From an uncultured Chloroflexia bacterium (GTDB taxonomy: Bacteria > Chloroflexota > Limnocylindria > Limnocylindrales > CSP1-4), in contig CAVVYR010000006.1 in assembly GCA_963752475.1 (NCBI GenBank), positions 64,001-128,000 on the forward strand: a DNA stretch of 64,000 bases, given 5' to 3'. Position 1 is the first letter of the stretch. Every line of letters begins with the position of its first letter. The notes below the pieces were generated by a model. That model saw only the letters and a program-made list of their open reading frames with translations. It was not told where the DNA came from and did no database searches. The position numbers and the translations under genes were made by a program. This document shows positions 61,035 to 64,000 of the stretch, one piece after another.

Positions 61035-62173
61035 TGTCCCGAATTCACTATTCGCTGGCGGCTTGCGCACCGCCTTGGCGAGGATCTGGTCGGCGGTCTT
61101 GACCCAGGTGAAGGGGCTGGAGCCCTCGTTCCACTGGCGGGTGAAGGCGTCGATCATGGCGATGAGTTCCTTGACGCTGCCGAAGCTGCCCCGGCGGATG
61201 GCCTGGCTGGTGAGGATGCCGAACCAGGTCTCGATCTGGTTCATCCACGACGCGCTGGTGGGCGTGAAGTGGAAGGTGATGCGCGGGTGCTTCGTCGAGC
61301 CACGCCCGGACGTCCGGCGTCTTGTGCGTCCAGACGTTGTCGAGCACGATGTGCAGCTCACCGCTCGGGTACGCCCGGGCGACCCGCTTCAGGAAGGCCA
61401 GGAAGTCGGCCCCGGTGTGACGGACGCGGTGGTCGGTCGTGACCTGGCCCGTGCCCACCTCGAGCGCCGCGAACAGGCAGGTCGTGCCGTTGCGCTTGTA
61501 GTCATGGGTATGGCGCTCGACCTGGCCCGGGCGCATCGGCAGCATCGGCTGGGTGCGATCGAGCGCCTGGATCTGGGTCTTCTCGTCGACGCTGCAGCAC
61601 GATGGCGCCGTCGGGCGGGTCGAGGTAGAGGCCCACGACATCGCGGACCTTGGCCTCGAGGGCGGGGTCGGTGCTGAACTTGAAGGTCTCGGTGCGGTGC
61701 GGCTGCAGGCCGCGCTCCCGGAAGAGCCGATGGACCGTGGCCGGGCTCATGCCCGTCCGCTTCGCCACCTCCCGCACGCTCCAGTGGGTCATGCCCTCGG
61801 GCGGTGGTCCCATGGCCATGGTCATGACCCGGTCACGGTCCTCGCGGGTGTAGGTGGGCGGGTGGCCGGGACGGGGCGCATCGGCGAGGCCCGTCGAGTC
61901 CCGCCTCGGCAAAGCGCCGTCGCCACAGCTTCACCGTCATGACCGCGACGCCCAGCTCACGGGCGACATGGTCGATGGCCACACCCTCCGCGGAGCGCAA
62001 CACGATGCGGGCGCGGGTCGCGAGCCGCTGCTCGCTCGTGGGCGCACGGGCGATCGCCTGCAGGGCTGCCAGATCGGACTCGTCGACGACCAACGGAGGA
62101 GCGGGTGGATGTGCCATGGGCGCATCGTAGCGGGCATCAGCTCGATACCGCTAGCCATCAGTGAGACGAGACA
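61035..62173 (-). mobile_element. IS630-family insertion sequence, transposase frameshifted
   Basis: CTAG on both flanks; imperfect IRs TGTCCCG..TCACT / TGTCTCG..TCACT; RARIVL, HWS, VDEKTQIQAL, HDYKRNGT, VLDN, TPTSASWMNQIETWF. Confidence 0.92.
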
Positions 62174-62564
62174 CTAGGTGCCTCGCCGGCCCATGACACG
62201 GCAGCCAGCGTGTACGAGTACAGGGGTGTGTGGTTGAAGAAGAAGACACCATCGGGGGCGATGTTGCGGATAGGCAACCCCTCTTCTCGAATGGCTTGCG
62301 CCACGTCGAGGAAGATCGCTTCGTCGTAGTCCGCGACCCGTACGACCGAGAGCGTGATGAGGCAAACGATGACGAACAAGCTGACCGGCACGGCCACGAC
62401 AGCAGTCGCTGGGCTACTCCTCCCATCGCGCAACCCTACGCTGGTGACTCCCACTCCGCGCACCGACATTCGCAGCCCGTGGCGCGTCAACTACACCGTG
62501 GTTTGCAGCGCGGAGTCAGGATGAACCTGCAGCCGACGTAGTCGGCACACTTGGAGACGTGGGC

Positions 62565-63593
62565 CTACGGCTTCCGGAAGAGGTTGCGAAACCGCCACCA
62601 TACGACATGGGCCCAGCGGTCAGGTGCTTCGAGAACGCCAAGCATCCATCGACCCAACTGGTAGCGTCGCGACGCCAAGAGGCGGTCGACATCGTCCATT
62701 GGGCGCAGCTCCACCTTGTCGTGCGGAAGACCGGACAACATCGCGACGACTTGGTCAGGATGGTCGCCTTCGTGGCGCTCGAGCCAGCTGGGGAAGTCGA
62801 AGACGTTATGGACTCGATAGGGTCGATCCAGTCGTGCGTATGATCGCTCAGCCCACTCGAGGGCGTGCGGCCGGGCTTCGGTCGCCCATCCAGCCTTGCT
62901 GTAGTACTCGGACTTCTCTGCTACCTGCTTCGGAAGGAGCAGTGAGTAGTGGTAGAGGCGTACTCCGGCCAACGCGATGTCACTTGTATCAAGCCAGTGG
63001 CCGTCGTACATGCTGTGTCCGTCTCGGTCGACGACTGTTGGAGGTCGGTGGCTGACGTGCTCGTAGCCAGGCCCCCACTTGAACACGCGACGGAAGTACC
63101 TCTCATGTCGCCGTTGGTACCAGCCGTCCACGCGGTACCCACTTCCACCCCAGAACGTGAACTGTTCGAAGCCGATGCCGTCGATACTCGGGTCGTCAGC
63201 CAATAGTCCCCGCACGCGGTCGATGTCGGCGTCGAAGTAGAACTCGTCGATGTCGACTTGCCACACGTAATCGCCGGTCGCCCGCTTGGCCCAGGCGCGG
63301 CTCTGCTCGTGCTTCTCTCCCGGCCAGAAGCCGTTTTCGTGCCCTTCGTTCTCCGCTGTGACGATCGTGAGCTTCCCCTCGGTGTCTTCGTGTCGTCGGA
63401 AGTCCTGCAGAACCTCTAGCGTCCCGTCTCTTGAGTGTCCATCACTTCTGGAGATGCCAGCAGCTGCCATGGCGGCGCCCTCAGCGACAATGATCTCGTG
63501 CGCGTGCGGGTACAGAGACCGCAGCAGATACCGCGTGAAGGGCTCACCATTCAGCACGATGATTCCGAACGTGATTCGCGGGAGTTCAGTCAT
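62565..63593 (-). CDS. GT2-like glycosyltransferase
   Basis: FGIIVLNGEPF, EIIVAEGA, SRDGT, WQVDIDEFY (DxD), LYHYS. Confidence 0.85.
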   Translation of the reverse strand: MTELPRITFGIIVLNGEPFTRYLLRSLYPHAHEIIVAEGAAMAAAGISRSDGHSRDGTLEVLQDFRRHEDTEGKLTIVTAENEGHENGFWPGEKHEQSRAWAKRATGDYVWQVDIDEFYFDADIDRVRGLLADDPSIDGIGFEQFTFWGGSGYRVDGWYQRRHERYFRRVFKWGPGYEHVSHRPPTVVDRDGHSMYDGHWLDTSDIALAGVRLYHYSLLLPKQVAEKSEYYSKAGWATEARPHALEWAERSYARLDRPYRVHNVFDFPSWLERHEGDHPDQVVAMLSGLPHDKVELRPMDDVDRLLASRRYQLGRWMLGVLEAPDRWAHVVWWRFRNLFRKP

Positions 63594-63642
63594 CGACTCA
63601 AGTGGAACTCAGCTGGTGCCGTCTCGACCCCGGAGAGCGCGC

Positions 63643-64000
63643 TCACCGCAGGAGCTCTCCATAGAGGCGTTCGAGGCGACCCAGGTTGCTTGTGAGGTCG
63701 TGGTGCTCGACAACGAACGCTCGGCCCTGCGTGGCGAGCCTCTCACGTAAGTCGGTATCACGTGCCAGTTTCGCGAGGGCGGCGGTCAGCCCGTCAGAGT
63801 CGCGTTCGGCGACCAATAGCCCGGTCGTGCCGTCGATGACCAACTCAGGAATGCCGCTGTGGTTCGTCGATACGACAGGTACGCCCATCGCCATTGCCTC
63901 CATGATCGCGACCGGGATGCCCTCCATGTCGCCATCGGCCGCTGTCACGCTGGGTGCGACGAGGACATCCGCGCGCCCTAGCTCAGCCCGCACCGCGGCT
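63643..64000 (-). CDS. GT4 glycosyltransferase (WcaL-like), 5' part outside the window
   Basis: ADVLVAPSVTAADGDMEGIPVAIMEAMAMGVPVVSTNHSGIPELV. Confidence 0.9.
   Translation of the reverse strand, partial: AAVRAELGRADVLVAPSVTAADGDMEGIPVAIMEAMAMGVPVVSTNHSGIPELVIDGTTGLLVAERDSDGLTAALAKLARDTDLRERLATQGRAFVVEHHDLTSNLGRLERLYGELLR

Larger units (their letters stand above)
58628..62454 (-). pseudogene. GT-C (ArnT/PMT-like) glycosyltransferase split into three pieces by IS630 and IS256
   Basis: 62454-62174 DYDEAIF...NHTPLY; 61034-60440 RLLSVAFG...AVLTKEFA; 59016-58628 EPRHVIAALP; the pieces rejoin in frame across both IS junctions. Confidence 0.78.

Noticed and set aside
41500-62200. Dense frameshifts in gmd, fcl, the ligase-like gene, flippase and transposases as mass pseudogenisation or programmed frameshifting
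   Set aside because: Mostly single-base indels with protein motifs otherwise intact, affecting host and IS genes alike; this fits low-coverage long-read error better and cannot be resolved without reads.

Overview
GC-rich bacterial chromosomal window; gene content and style suggest Chloroflexota such as Limnocylindria (inference, not tested). 1-41 kb is mostly intact housekeeping and accessory genes: partial heme A synthase, a divergent pyrK/pyrD pair, pyrR, a GalT-like gene, lipB, proline dehydrogenase, arsR/arsM, two PIN toxin-antitoxin modules, an OLD-family nuclease, tRNA-Gly(CCC), a heliorhodopsin inside a 2.57-kb integrase-less island bounded by a duplicated tRNA 3' half, a sulfatase, an MttB-family methyltransferase, a CPA2 antiporter, a PLP decarboxylase, an AT3-SGNH acyltransferase and a CAP protein. 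41.7-64 kb is a surface-polysaccharide locus (ligase-like gene, priming sugar transferase, gmd, fcl, flippase, methyltransferase, pyruvyl transferase, FrhB-like protein, nitroreductase, glycosyltransferases). It has many frameshifts (probably mostly long-read errors) and carries IS1182, IS3, IS256 and IS630 elements plus an IS21-like end. The most unusual signal is a degenerate ~32-bp motif (RTRGHC-N4-GTCG-N7-CGAC-GSTAG) present about 16 times in four intergenic clusters, in facing (+ then -) orientation and often spaced 51-52 bp apart; one cluster is fused to an IS110 remnant. All calls come from reading motifs by eye; no database search was run.
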